Translations under genes and position numbers: made by a program | Notes under the pieces: generated by a model | Told to the model about the DNA's origin: nothing | The model's input: the letters and a program-made list of their open reading frames with translations, nothing else | Database searches by the model: none | NCBI GenBank assembly: GCA_016928995.1 | Contig: JAFGJS010000042.1 | Coordinates: 31,726-95,725 of the forward strand | From: Candidatus Sumerlaeota bacterium | GTDB lineage: Bacteria; Sumerlaeota; Sumerlaeia; JAFGJS01 | Direction of reading: 5' to 3' | DNA: 64,000 nt | In this document: piece after piece, positions 38,758-49,100 of the stretch | How positions within the stretch are numbered: position 1 is the first letter of the stretch | Layout of the letters: every line of letters starts with the position of its first letter

Positions 38758-40863
38758 TTATTTTCCTTCAAGTTCGCGCGCGCGCTCTCCAGCGCGGCCA
38801 ATGCGTGGAGAGAAATCGATGCCGCGCGAGCCGATGGAGCCTTGCAACTCAAACGGACGCCGGTCGTAATCCAACATACGGTCGAATCCTTCCATGCCGT
38901 CCTCGCGCATTTGATACAGCCGCATCGAGGCATAAATCCGCCGTCCCTTGCCATTTTCGATGACGTCTTCCACGTAACGGTCATTCCGCAGGTGGTACGT
39001 CACGCGATCCAGCTGATCCGCGCGCATCGTCACCGCCGGATCTTTCTGCAGCTCGCCGTTCGACTGCAATCCATCGATCCAATCCTCGGGGATATTCAGA
39101 CCAATCGCGCGCCAGTACCGAACCTCGCGTCGCACCAAAGCCCGGTTAATCCGCGCCGATTCGCCCGTATCCTCAGGCGGCAGTTTCACCAGCAGCGCCT
39201 TCGCCTTCAGCGCCTCGGATGAATGCGGATATTTTTCGAGCAGATATTCGCAAAGCGCGCGCCGCGCCTCAATATCGCGATGCTGACGCGCCTGACGCAG
39301 AATGCGCTTCGCCTCATTCGCTTCGACCTGGCGGAGTTTCTCTCGCAACTGAGCATCGTTCGGCGGCAGCCGCCGTTCCAGCGGTTCGATTTCGCCAGGC
39401 GTGGCGGCCATCCGCAACATGTTCCGCGTCAACTGATCCATCAGTTGCTCGTCGGTTTCAAACTGACCGGATTCCAGCACGCGAAAGCCCGCATCGCGCA
39501 TCGGGTCTGTGGATATCGGATTGTTCACCGAAACCTGAACGCCGCGAATCGCAGCGTCGATAAAAGCGAATATGCCCATGTTCGCCGCCGCGGTGCTTGG
39601 CACGACCGCCGTCTGGCTGAGGATATACAGCCGGTCGCGCGAGGAACGCCGTCCGAGTAAAACATACATCCAGGTGTCCCGGCGCCGTTGCGATTTTAAC
39701 TGTTCATACAGCATCGGCGTATTGTAGTCCGGCGAATGCGTCCAGGCCTTTGCCTTCGCGCCTAAATGCGTGCCGGCGCCGGCCAGCGCGCCTTCATTCA
39801 AACGCCGCAAGGCTCGCGGACGATCGCGTTCGATGTCCGCCGCAACGGCGCGCAAGTAGTCCGGCGTGGCGCGCAATTCTCCCGCCGCCAGCGGGCGTCG
39901 CAGTTTCCCGGCCGTCTCCCGCATCGCCGCAACGTCACCAAGCAGCATTGCACGCATCGCCGCTGTGTATTCTTCCACAACGCCAGCAGTCCATTGTTCT
40001 TCCTGATTCGCCTGCACAAAATTGCTCTCACGGATCCAACGCTTGTTTTGATCTTCCAGGCGCCAGGCCTTGCGTTTCAACGCGGCCGCCTTTTTAGAGG
40101 AGGGTTGAAGTTCCAGCGCCGCTTCGGCCATCATTCGCGCACGCTCATAGCGCCGTTCTTCCAGCAACGCCTGGGCCTGTTGCGTATAGATCCGCGTCTG
40201 CCTGGCGATGATTTTCGGCTCCAGCGCCGCATGCCGCCGCTCCAACTGAAACCGGGAACGGCGCGGCAAATCCGGCGAACTGAGCCAGGGCGAAATGACG
40301 CCATAGCGTTCTCCATCCTGACGGCTATATTGAAAAAAACCCGGAACATAAAACACAAGATCGACACCGAAACGCAACGCCGGTTCGAGTTTGCCTTGCA
40401 GCAATCCCGTGGCGGCGCGGAACAGCGAGTTGAGCGGAGTCACGGCGTGATCCAGCGCAGCCTGGCGCATCAATTGCGCTTCGCGCCAAAACGGGTTCTT
40501 GCGCAACGAATCACACGCCTGCGCACGGAGCATTGGATCGGCGCCCGAACGCAAAACTCCGCGCGCCGAGAATTCCGTCACACCCGGCTCGCCCCATTCC
40601 GGCAGCGCTTGCAGCCAAAGCAAATTGTCGCGCAAGCCCGATGGCGGCTCCTCCAGGTTGCGTTGACGCGCATCGTACAGTCTAATCTGCCGCTCCGCCT
40701 CGCGCAACTTGCCGTCGTCCCGCAACAACAAGGCGCGCGCCGCATCGCCAACGATCTCCTCAACCGGGTCATCAGAACTAAAGGATTGAACAGGGCAAAG
40801 CAACACCAGGCTTAACAGCACAATAACTGCCAGCAATGATGGAAATGAAAGTCGATTGAGCAT
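38758..40863 (-). CDS. Secreted hypothetical protein (701 aa, helical and Arg-rich)
   Basis: Signal peptide MLNRLSFPSLLAVIVLLSLVLLCPVQSFS. Long uninterrupted ORF. No family recognised. Confidence 0.65.
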   Translation of the reverse strand: MLNRLSFPSLLAVIVLLSLVLLCPVQSFSSDDPVEEIVGDAARALLLRDDGKLREAERQIRLYDARQRNLEEPPSGLRDNLLWLQALPEWGEPGVTEFSARGVLRSGADPMLRAQACDSLRKNPFWREAQLMRQAALDHAVTPLNSLFRAATGLLQGKLEPALRFGVDLVFYVPGFFQYSRQDGERYGVISPWLSSPDLPRRSRFQLERRHAALEPKIIARQTRIYTQQAQALLEERRYERARMMAEAALELQPSSKKAAALKRKAWRLEDQNKRWIRESNFVQANQEEQWTAGVVEEYTAAMRAMLLGDVAAMRETAGKLRRPLAAGELRATPDYLRAVAADIERDRPRALRRLNEGALAGAGTHLGAKAKAWTHSPDYNTPMLYEQLKSQRRRDTWMYVLLGRRSSRDRLYILSQTAVVPSTAAANMGIFAFIDAAIRGVQVSVNNPISTDPMRDAGFRVLESGQFETDEQLMDQLTRNMLRMAATPGEIEPLERRLPPNDAQLREKLRQVEANEAKRILRQARQHRDIEARRALCEYLLEKYPHSSEALKAKALLVKLPPEDTGESARINRALVRREVRYWRAIGLNIPEDWIDGLQSNGELQKDPAVTMRADQLDRVTYHLRNDRYVEDVIENGKGRRIYASMRLYQMREDGMEGFDRMLDYDRRPFELQGSIGSRGIDFSPRIGRAGERARELEGK

Positions 40864-40930
40864 GTAGAGCTACTTGCTAAATAACGTTGAAATCATCGTA
40901 TGCTTATAGAGGGCGACACTAACAATCGAT

Positions 40931-41320
40931 TCACGGACGCTGAGCGCCACGAATCAAATCTTTTTTGCTTTTAATCATTCTCTCCGATTTTTTTACAGAA
41001 ATCGGATCCCATTTCTCCCAAAATATTTCCGATCCATGCTCGATATTCTCATAAATTGGAATAATATCTTTGATGCCGAGAAATCGCCATTGAACAGTAT
41101 TTCCCGCAGCGGCTTTATATCGCGATGGACCATATTTCTCTTTGCCAATGCTGACTGCCTTCTCATACGCCTGCTCAGGCGACTTTGCCTTTACTAGCAC
41201 AGCGTTCACCCACACAGTACAACGTCTGTTTGGATTGCTCTTGTCAGAGCCAACATTCTCTGCACGTTCAACAATCTCTGCAATATACCAATTTTCGTTA
41301 TTTATAATTTTATCAATCAT
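40931..41320 (-). CDS. Small AT-rich hypothetical protein (DUF4288-like?)
   Basis: 129 aa. WYIAEIVERAE...RCTVWVNAVLVKAKSPEQAYEKAVSIGKE...VQWRFLGIKDI resembles what I recall of DUF4288. The gene is clearly AT-richer than its neighbours. Confidence 0.5.
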   Translation of the reverse strand: MIDKIINNENWYIAEIVERAENVGSDKSNPNRRCTVWVNAVLVKAKSPEQAYEKAVSIGKEKYGPSRYKAAAGNTVQWRFLGIKDIIPIYENIEHGSEIFWEKWDPISVKKSERMIKSKKDLIRGAQRP

Positions 41321-41389
41321 ATCGCTTGCCTGTTTCGGAACCTCGCATATGGCATCGATAGTAGAAAAGCATGGATGCGCCTTCCACCA

Positions 41390-42469
41390 TTAAATTGGCA
41401 ACGGCCGAACCCATCCCGAGCTGTCACGCTGGATGTCATCAGGAAAATATCCCGCGATCTGCTGGCCGCAGTATTGGCAACAACCGCCCTTCAACGCATA
41501 GGCGTCCAGCGCGTGCCAGTCGCGGCGGATCACGGCCTTGCCGCAGTTCGGGCACCACGTCGTCTGACCGTCGCTGTCATGCACGTTGCCCACGTACACA
41601 TAGTGCAAGCCCTCATCCAGCGCGATCTCACGCGCATGCGACAGCGTCTTCACCGGCGTGCGTGGCAAGTCCATCATCTTGAACGCCGGGTGGAACGCCG
41701 TGAAATGCAGCGGCACGTCCGGTCCCAGTTCGCCTGTGATCCATTTGCACAGCTCGCGCGTCTCGGCTTCGCTGTCATTCTTCGTGGGAATGATCAGGTT
41801 CGTCAATTCAAACCAGACCTTCGTCTCTTTGCGCAACCGTTGAATCGTCCACTTCACCGGCCCCAGATCGCTCAGCGTCAGCTTGCGGTAAAACTCCGGC
41901 GTGAACGCCTTGATGTCTACGTTCGCCGCATCCATGTGCGCGTAAAATTCGTCGAATGCCGCGTCGCCGATATAGCCCGACGTCACCGCCACGGTCTTCA
42001 GCCCCTCGCGATGCGCCTCCTGCGCGATGTCGATGGCGTACTCCGCCCAGATCGTCGGCTCGTTATACGTAAACGCCAGCGAATGGCAGCCTTCGGCCAG
42101 TGCCAGTTCCACGGCCTGCCGCGGAGAGAGTTCGCGCGAACGCCGTTCGTCCGCTCGGGCCTTGCTCAGGTCGTGATTCTGACAAAAACGGCAACCCAGG
42201 TTGCACCCCGGCGTCCCGATGCTCAGGATATTCGTCCCGGGCATGAAGTGGTTCAGCGGCTTCTTCTCGATCGGATCGACCTGCAACGCGCTTGGCCGGC
42301 CGTACGCGAGCAACCGCATCACTCCACCGGTGTTCTGCCGCACATAGCAGAATCCAGCCTGTCCCTCGCGTAACAAGCACTCACGCGGACAAAGCACGCA
42401 TCGAATCCGCCCCTCGTCCGCCGCCTCCCACCAGCGCCCCGAATAAGGATGTAGAGTTCCCATACTCAT
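41390..42469 (-). CDS. AmmeMemoRadiSam-system radical SAM enzyme (PFL-activase-like)
   Basis: 359 aa. N-terminal CVLCPRECLLREGQAGFCYVRQN. Radical SAM motif GCNLGCRFCQNHD. C-terminal zinc-ribbon-like WCPNCG...CCQYCG. Matches the TIGR04337-type architecture. Confidence 0.8.
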   Translation of the reverse strand: MSMGTLHPYSGRWWEAADEGRIRCVLCPRECLLREGQAGFCYVRQNTGGVMRLLAYGRPSALQVDPIEKKPLNHFMPGTNILSIGTPGCNLGCRFCQNHDLSKARADERRSRELSPRQAVELALAEGCHSLAFTYNEPTIWAEYAIDIAQEAHREGLKTVAVTSGYIGDAAFDEFYAHMDAANVDIKAFTPEFYRKLTLSDLGPVKWTIQRLRKETKVWFELTNLIIPTKNDSEAETRELCKWITGELGPDVPLHFTAFHPAFKMMDLPRTPVKTLSHAREIALDEGLHYVYVGNVHDSDGQTTWCPNCGKAVIRRDWHALDAYALKGGCCQYCGQQIAGYFPDDIQRDSSGWVRPLPI

Positions 42470-42672
42470 GATCCTTCCATGCTACGCCCGCGCGGCGATC
42501 ATTGCAAACCAAAAGCAAAATCATGCCTCATGGCGGGTGTGTCTCCCGGATCCGGGAGACGCACCCCAGGCGTTCTTCGCAAGCAGTAATGAATTGACAG
42601 AAAACCGGCCTTTATGCTGTTTTTCATTCAAATCACATCAATAAAAAATCAACGATGGAAGGATAACTCACG

Positions 42673-43767
42673 ATGAGCGCGATGCAAACATTGCGTGGTT
42701 GCCGATTCTTGCCGATCATGGCTCTGACGCTGGGCGCCATTGCTCTTATTGGTTGTGGAAAGAAACAGGAGCCGCCAGACACCGCGATCTCGCAAGGGAT
42801 AGCGTCGTTCATGCCAGCCTATATCAGTGTAAAATCCGTCGTGCCCGAAAAAATCAAGCAAGATGAGAACACATATCTCGTCAATTGGAAGGCGACCGTC
42901 ACTGCCAAAGAGGATCTATACGACACACGAGAAGATGCGCAGAGCGTTCCGATCAGCAAAATCACAGGCGATGCCAGCATCGAAGATGCCGCCGTGCTGC
43001 GCAGCAAACTGCCGGAAGCCATCATGCGAAGCCCATATGCCGTTGAGATCAACAAACTCCTTGCGGAATACGCGAACGAGCCGATGTTCAAGGAACTCAA
43101 TCTAGCCCAAAAACAAGGACAAGAATGCGTGCTTTATGGGCATGTCACCGCAAAGCACATGGTGGATACATGGAAGATGACCGAGCCTGTCATCGAATCG
43201 GGCTATGAAACCATTGGAAAACCGCGAGCTTCTTTTGCGCAGGATTTCCTGGTTCCAGACAGCGAGGATGCCCAAAAAGCCATGGCGCGATATGCCGAAC
43301 GTCAAACGACGATTCAGGCCAACCTGAAGAAGGTTGTCGATGCCTTTGAAGCCGAGAACGCGAAAAAGGAACAAATGGAAAAACAGGTTAACGAACTGCG
43401 GGAAGCGGAAAATATTGAGCAGCGCAAGGCTTTGGTTGAATTGCTGCTCTCCGGCGGAACATGGGAGGCCGAAAGCACAGGGCAGTATGGAAATCGCCTT
43501 ACGCAACTCGAAATCTCCAAACACAAAGAAGACCTGTTTCAAGTCCGCTTCGCCGTGGAAAGCCGGGATAAATACACGAATTGCCGCTTCATCCTGACTC
43601 TTGGAGCGGATGAAAATGGCGTTTATGCGCGCGGCCCTGGCAATATCACCAAAAACGGCAAAGATTGCCCCTCCACCTTTGAACTTCGGCCTTTAGACGG
43701 AAAAATAAAATATGATCTTCTCTTTGACAACCGGTGGAAATCAGACGGGATTCTTTTTCGGCAATAA
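42673..43767 (+). CDS. Lipoprotein, function unknown
   Basis: 364 aa. Lipobox LIGC|GKK. Charged coiled segment (KKEQMEKQVNELREAENIEQRK). Confidence 0.7.
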   Translation: MSAMQTLRGCRFLPIMALTLGAIALIGCGKKQEPPDTAISQGIASFMPAYISVKSVVPEKIKQDENTYLVNWKATVTAKEDLYDTREDAQSVPISKITGDASIEDAAVLRSKLPEAIMRSPYAVEINKLLAEYANEPMFKELNLAQKQGQECVLYGHVTAKHMVDTWKMTEPVIESGYETIGKPRASFAQDFLVPDSEDAQKAMARYAERQTTIQANLKKVVDAFEAENAKKEQMEKQVNELREAENIEQRKALVELLLSGGTWEAESTGQYGNRLTQLEISKHKEDLFQVRFAVESRDKYTNCRFILTLGADENGVYARGPGNITKNGKDCPSTFELRPLDGKIKYDLLFDNRWKSDGILFRQ

Positions 43768-43845
43768 CACACCGCCGAAAAGCCGCTATGGACCGCAAAC
43801 TTGCTCTATCCATAGATGCTCATGTGACATTTGAATTCAAAAGAT

Positions 43846-43882
43846 AGCGCCCGGAAAATCAATTCCGGGCGCTCGTCTTTTT
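43846..43882 (+). terminator. Rho-independent terminator between convergent genes
   Basis: agcgcccggaa-aatcaa-ttccgggcgct followed by cgtcttttt. Confidence 0.75.
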
Positions 43883-43903
43883 ATTGAATCGCCGCCTGCC
43901 TGC

Positions 43904-44728
43904 CTAAGCCTTAATTGCATCAAGTTTGAGAATTTCGAGCATCGCCGGATGGATTCTGCCGTTGCTCGCGCAGACCTCTTTACGGGCAAGCATGGCGTCT
44001 CCGCCGATGTAGTCGCTCACGCGGCCGCCGGCTTCGCGCACGATCAGTATGCCGGCCGCCCAGTCGTAATGGTGCAGACTCTCTTCATAATACCCGTCGA
44101 GCCGGCCGCTGGCGACCTGGCAGAGATCAAGCGCGGCGGAGCCAAGACGCAGCACACCGCGCGTACACATCATGAAAGCCTTGTACTGCCCGAGGTAATG
44201 ATCGGCGCGCTCGCGGCGGTCGTACGGAAAGCCGGTGACCAGCAGACTCGTTTCCAGCGTGGCGGAATCGGAGACGTGGATCGGCGCGCCGTTCAGCGTG
44301 GCGCCGCGTCCCGCGCGGCCGAGAAACAGATCCTCACGCACGGGATTATACACCGCGCCAAGCGCCGGTTCATCGCCCACGGACACGCCGATGGAGATGC
44401 TGAAGATCGGCAGGCCGTGCGCGAAATTCGTCGTGCCGTCCAGCGGATCGATGTACCACGTCGCGGGCGCATTCGGACGCTCGTGGCTGCCGGATTCCTC
44501 GGCCACGATGCTGTGATTCGGAAACGCCGCGCTCACACGATCAATGATCACGCGCTCCGATTCCTTGTCCGCTTCGGTGACCAGATCGAACGACGCGCCC
44601 TTGGCTTCGATGCCGCGTCCTTCGCGCTTCGCGGCGAAATATTTTCGCTGCACCTCGCCCGCCGCATCCAGGCACTCGTGCATGACTTTCTCAATCGCAT
44701 CCAACAATTTTTGGTCCATTCTATCCAT
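43904..44728 (-). CDS. suhB: Inositol monophosphatase family protein (SuhB-like)
   Basis: VAEESG...WYIDPLDGTTNFAHG...GSAALDLCQVASGRLDGYYE. Confidence 0.88.
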   Translation of the reverse strand: MDRMDQKLLDAIEKVMHECLDAAGEVQRKYFAAKREGRGIEAKGASFDLVTEADKESERVIIDRVSAAFPNHSIVAEESGSHERPNAPATWYIDPLDGTTNFAHGLPIFSISIGVSVGDEPALGAVYNPVREDLFLGRAGRGATLNGAPIHVSDSATLETSLLVTGFPYDRRERADHYLGQYKAFMMCTRGVLRLGSAALDLCQVASGRLDGYYEESLHHYDWAAGILIVREAGGRVSDYIGGDAMLARKEVCASNGRIHPAMLEILKLDAIKA

Positions 44729-44813
44729 CCGTCTTGTTTAAGTCTTAAACAACGCAAGCCAGGCTGATTTCAGCCGTTGCAATGCACAATTAACGATAGG
44801 CAACCTCGATATA

Positions 44814-44984
44814 TTCACCACAAAGACACGAAGACACAAAGAACCGATTTTATATACTATGAAAAATAATCATTTTAATCTCTGTGCACTCTGTGCGAGA
44901 ATCACAATTTATAAAGGCTCCTAATAATCGATTGTCAACCAGCCATCCAAATTGTTTCCCTCGTGTCTGTGTCTCCGTGGTGAA
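44814..44984. repeat. Variant of the octamer-arm structured repeat (A-rich version), three arms
   Basis: Three arms: ttCACCACAAAGACACGAAGACACAAAGAAc (44814-44844), aatCTCTGTGCACTCTGTGCGAGaa (44877-44901) and ccCTCGTGTCTGTGTCTCCGTGGTGaa (44958-44984). The third arm is the inverted complement of the first and begins 9 nt after the M24 peptidase stop codon. Confidence 0.7.
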
Positions 44985-44992
44985 ATGCGTAA

Positions 44993-46123
44993 TTATATTA
45001 AGATCATCTTTTTCAAATCTTTCGTGAGCGAGTTGAAGTTCTTCGAGCCGTCGCTGGTGATGTAAAGCATGTCCTCCAGCCGCACGCCGCCTTCACCGTT
45101 GAAATAAATCCCCGGTTCGATGGTCACAATCATGTTCTTTCTCAACCGAGCCTTGGAGCCGCGCGCCAGCCCCGGCGCTTCGTGGATGTCGAATCCCACG
45201 CCATGCCCCAGGCCGTGGCAGAATTCCTTGCCGTAGCCGGCCTTATCAATGAGGCCGCGCGCCGCCAAGTCCACGGCGCCGCTCGTCACGCCGGGTTTGA
45301 GTTTATCCGCCGCCGCTTCATTCGCGGCGCGCACGATTTCGTAAATCTTCGCCAGCCGCTCAGGCGCCCGGCGAATGAACATCGTGCGCGTCGTGTCGCT
45401 GCGGTAGCCCTCGTGCAGTTCGGCGCCCCAATCAATCAACAGCACGTCGCCTTCCTTGATCTTGCGTTGCGTGGGCACGTGATGGCAGCTCGCGCTGTTG
45501 GGTCCGGATGCCACGATCAGTCCGCCGGGAAAACCCTGCCGCAGCGCGCCATACTCGCGCATGCGCTGCTCCAGTTCCGCCGCGAGCTCCAATTCCGTGC
45601 GGCCGATCAAGCCGCTCGCGCCGCCCTTGATCAATCCGCGCATCGCCTTTTCCGCGATGATCGTCGCCTTTTGCAGCAGCCGGATCTCTTCGCCGCTTTT
45701 CACGATCCGCGCGTCGGTCACGATATTGTCCATCGGGATCAGGCGTACGCCCTTCAGCCCCTTGCTCATCCCTTCATGAAAAGCGAAAGTCACGTTTCCC
45801 TTTTGAAAGCCGACGCGCTTCACGCGGCGCCGCTTCAGCAAGTCGCGCATTTCGTCCCACAGGCCTTTTTCCATCACCCGATATTCGCATCCGGGGCACT
45901 CCACCGGCGGACGACCGCGATACATGCTGTGCGTAAAGATCATCTCCCAATCCTTGCCCAGCAGCAGCAACGGGCATCCTTCGACCATGCCGGTGAGATA
46001 ACGCACGTCCGTCGCGCTAGTCACGGCGAACGCGCCGATTTTTTCCTTCTTGCCCGCCAGGTTGAAAACGAGCCGCCGCCGCGCCGCGTAGCTTTTAGCC
46101 GCCAGATCTATTTTTGAAGCCAT
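44993..46123 (-). CDS. pepP: Xaa-Pro aminopeptidase/dipeptidase (peptidase M24B)
   Basis: HGLGHGVGFDIHE, EPGIY and LEDM metal-ligand motifs. Start placed at MASKIDL... (ATG 46123, with AAAGGAGAAG upstream). The track's longer ORF would overlap the upstream helicase gene. Confidence 0.88.
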   Translation of the reverse strand: MASKIDLAAKSYAARRRLVFNLAGKKEKIGAFAVTSATDVRYLTGMVEGCPLLLLGKDWEMIFTHSMYRGRPPVECPGCEYRVMEKGLWDEMRDLLKRRRVKRVGFQKGNVTFAFHEGMSKGLKGVRLIPMDNIVTDARIVKSGEEIRLLQKATIIAEKAMRGLIKGGASGLIGRTELELAAELEQRMREYGALRQGFPGGLIVASGPNSASCHHVPTQRKIKEGDVLLIDWGAELHEGYRSDTTRTMFIRRAPERLAKIYEIVRAANEAAADKLKPGVTSGAVDLAARGLIDKAGYGKEFCHGLGHGVGFDIHEAPGLARGSKARLRKNMIVTIEPGIYFNGEGGVRLEDMLYITSDGSKNFNSLTKDLKKMILI

Positions 46124-46158
46124 GCCGTCGCTTCTCCTTTTACATTCCGATGAATTGA

Positions 46159-49100
46159 TCAACTTTGATCCTCGCCTAATGCAACCGTCAACAAGATTGG
46201 CGGATCGTTTTGCAGCAGAAGCAACGCCGTTTCCTTGGGCGTTTCGCCGGCCGCTTGGCGGATCGCTTGAGCGTATGCCCGGCATTGCGGACGGTAGCGT
46301 TCCGCGAGCGGCGCCGGTCCGCCGGATGGAATCGCATCCGTCTTGTAATCGACCACGACCCACCCGTCATCTTCGCGGAAAAGGCAATCGATCTGTCCTT
46401 CGAGCAAGCCGCGCTCCGTGCGCACGCAAAAGGGAATCTCCCGATGCGTTTCTTTCGCGCGGGCGATGCGCTGAAACGCCTCGCTGAGCAGCGTACGACG
46501 TATGAGCTGCGCCAAGCGTTCGCGCTCCTCCGCGTCCAAATCGAATTCATCCTCCGCCGCGCTCAACACCGCTTCCCATTCACGGCATACCGGCAAATCG
46601 ATCCGCTCAAGCACACGATGCGCCGCGGCGCCAAAACGCATCGCCGCGGCGCGCAATAGCATCGAAGGCGGCTGCGTGATTTTTTCATCGCTCGCATCTG
46701 CGACAATCCGCCGGAAGTCGTCTTCATGCGCCAGCGATGAAGGCGTGCTGATTGCGCGGCAATGCAGCGATTCCAGCGCCAAGCGCTCGCGCTCGATCAG
46801 CCAGTTCTCACGCACATCGAGCGCCTGACGAGTCTTGGCGTTCAAGGCGCCCTCTGCGTTGACTAATTCCGAGAGCAAACGCATGTCCTCCGCCCGCGTC
46901 TGCGGTTGCTCCGGTTGCTGCCAGATGCGCGTTTCGGCGCCATTAATGCGCGCCACACATCCGCCGCCGGGAACCTGCAACGATTCTTCCCAATTTTGCG
47001 TGACGCTGTCGCTGAGTGGATTCAATCCCGCCGCCTCGATCAGGCGCGCTTTCTGCCGTCCGCCGCGCAGATTGCCGAACGCCTGCGGCGAAAAAATCCA
47101 CGGCACGACAAGACAGTCGCGCGCGCGCGTCGCCGCCACATAGAGCAATCGCGTCTCCTCCGCCTCGGCGCAGGCGATGTCATGCGACTTCGCTTCAGCA
47201 TACCCCATCGTCATCAGGGCGTCGTTCAACCGCAGATCAACTTGGCCGCGGGAGGCGTCAAACAACGCCGCATCCGTTCCGCCACGCACATCCGAAACCA
47301 AATCGGCCAGCACGACCACGGGAAATTCCAAGCCCTTGGCCGAATGGATCGTAAGCAATTTCACGGCGCCGCCGGTCTCGTCATCGGACGGCGACTCCTC
47401 CTCCCGCTGCTGCACGGAGCGGCATTGATCGAGATAGTCCGCCGCGCCGCGCAAGGTGGAGTAACCCGCCGCCTCGAGTTTCCGCGCGATCTCGCGCAGT
47501 TTCCGCAGATTCGCCAGATGCCGCTCGGGATTCCGGCGCAAGGTGAAAATCAATTCCAATTGCGCTTCGTCGATGATGCGCTCAATCATCGCGCCCGGAG
47601 GCTGCTCGCGCGCCGCGTTGCGCCAACGCTCAAGCAAATGCGCCGCTTCGATCACGGACCGCGATTCCTCGTCGGCCTCGTCCGGATCGAGTTTCAGCAG
47701 TTGCGGCTGCAGCAATCCGTGCCGCTCCTTGCAGAGAAAGATGCGCTCATCCTCGCAGGCGAACACCGGCGACCGCAAGGCGGCGACAAAATCCCATAGC
47801 GCGTGCGGCTGATCGACCGCGCGCACAAGATGCGTGAGCAACCGCACTTCTGGCGTGTTAAAAAATGTCCGTCCGGAAAGCACATGACAGGAGACGCCGA
47901 ATGAGCGCAAGACATCTTCGAACAGATCGGCGTTTGACATGCCGCGAAACAGCAGCGCCACATCGCCCGGTTCTACGAGACGCTGGGCGTTCGTTTCCCG
48001 ATCCAGCACAAGCAGACTCCGCGCATCCAGCGTCCGCCGCAGCCAATCGCCGATGATTTCCGCCTCCAGCGCACGGCACGCATCCGCGCTCTTCGCATTG
48101 AGCGTTTCGAGCGATTCGCGGCGCGGAAGCAGATAGAGCGTCCGGCTGTGTTCCCTGTCCGAGCGAAACGGATGCAACGGCGCATAGTCCGGTTGATAAT
48201 TCCCACCGTCCGCCGGTCTGTGGATCAGCTTGCTGAACGCTGCATTGATCCAGTCCGTCACGGGCGGCGCGCTGCGGAAATTCGTCGTGAGCTGCAAGCG
48301 CCGTTCCGGCGGAAAGAAACGCCGCGCCTGTTCGTAAATCTCGATGTCAGCGTTGCGGAAACGATAGATCGACTGTTTCGGATCGCCCACCACGAACAGC
48401 GCTCCATCGCGCGGCTGCATGGCGCGCCAGTCCGCCCCTTCGTCATCGCTCGCCAGGAGCCAGACGATCTCCGCCTGCAAGGGATCGGTGTCCTGAAACT
48501 CATCGACAAGCAGATAGCGATAACGCCGGCGCAGTTGATCGCGCGCATCAAGATCGTCCCGCGCCAGGTCGCGCGTGAGCCGTAAAAGGTCTTCAAAGTT
48601 CAATCGAGCCGTCCGCCGGCGCAGCTCGGCGCAAAACCGCGGATAGCTCGCCGCCCATTCATACAACCGCGCAATCTTTACGTGCCCCGCCGCAAGCGTT
48701 AACGGCCGGATCTCGCCGATCAGCTCGTGGACGCGGGCCTTAGCCTCATCTCCGTTCCAATGCGCTTTCGCGCCCAGGTTTCCGCGCGGTTTTTTCAACG
48801 CAGCGATACGCGCCAGCGCCTCTTCCGCGCTCTCGCCTTCGATGATTCTTTGCACCTCAGCGGCATACTGTTCGGCGATCACGCATAAGGTGTCAGCGCG
48901 ATTGGCGCATTGCTCCGCGATCAACGCGGCAAGTTCATCCGCCAGCCGTCTCGCTTCACGAAGCGCATCATCCAAGTGCAGTTCCTGTGAAGCCATCCGT
49001 TCCGCCAACTCCCAACGCCGGCCAAGCAACTCCGCCACATCGCGCACACGGCGCCAATCCGCTCCGGCGCGCAACGCATCGACCAACGGCCCGGCCGCGG

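Noticed and set aside
39766-42373. 349-aa (39766-40815) and 332-aa (41375-42373) plus-strand ORFs.
   Set aside because: They lie antisense to the 701-aa secreted protein and the AmmeMemoRadiSam enzyme. Their composition is extremely Arg-rich.
46124-46363. N-terminal 80-aa extension of the M24 peptidase ORF (track start 46363).
   Set aside because: The extension overlaps the 3' end of the helicase-nuclease gene and is Arg/Gly/Ser-rich. An internal ATG at 46123 has a good SD and gives a normal-length peptidase.
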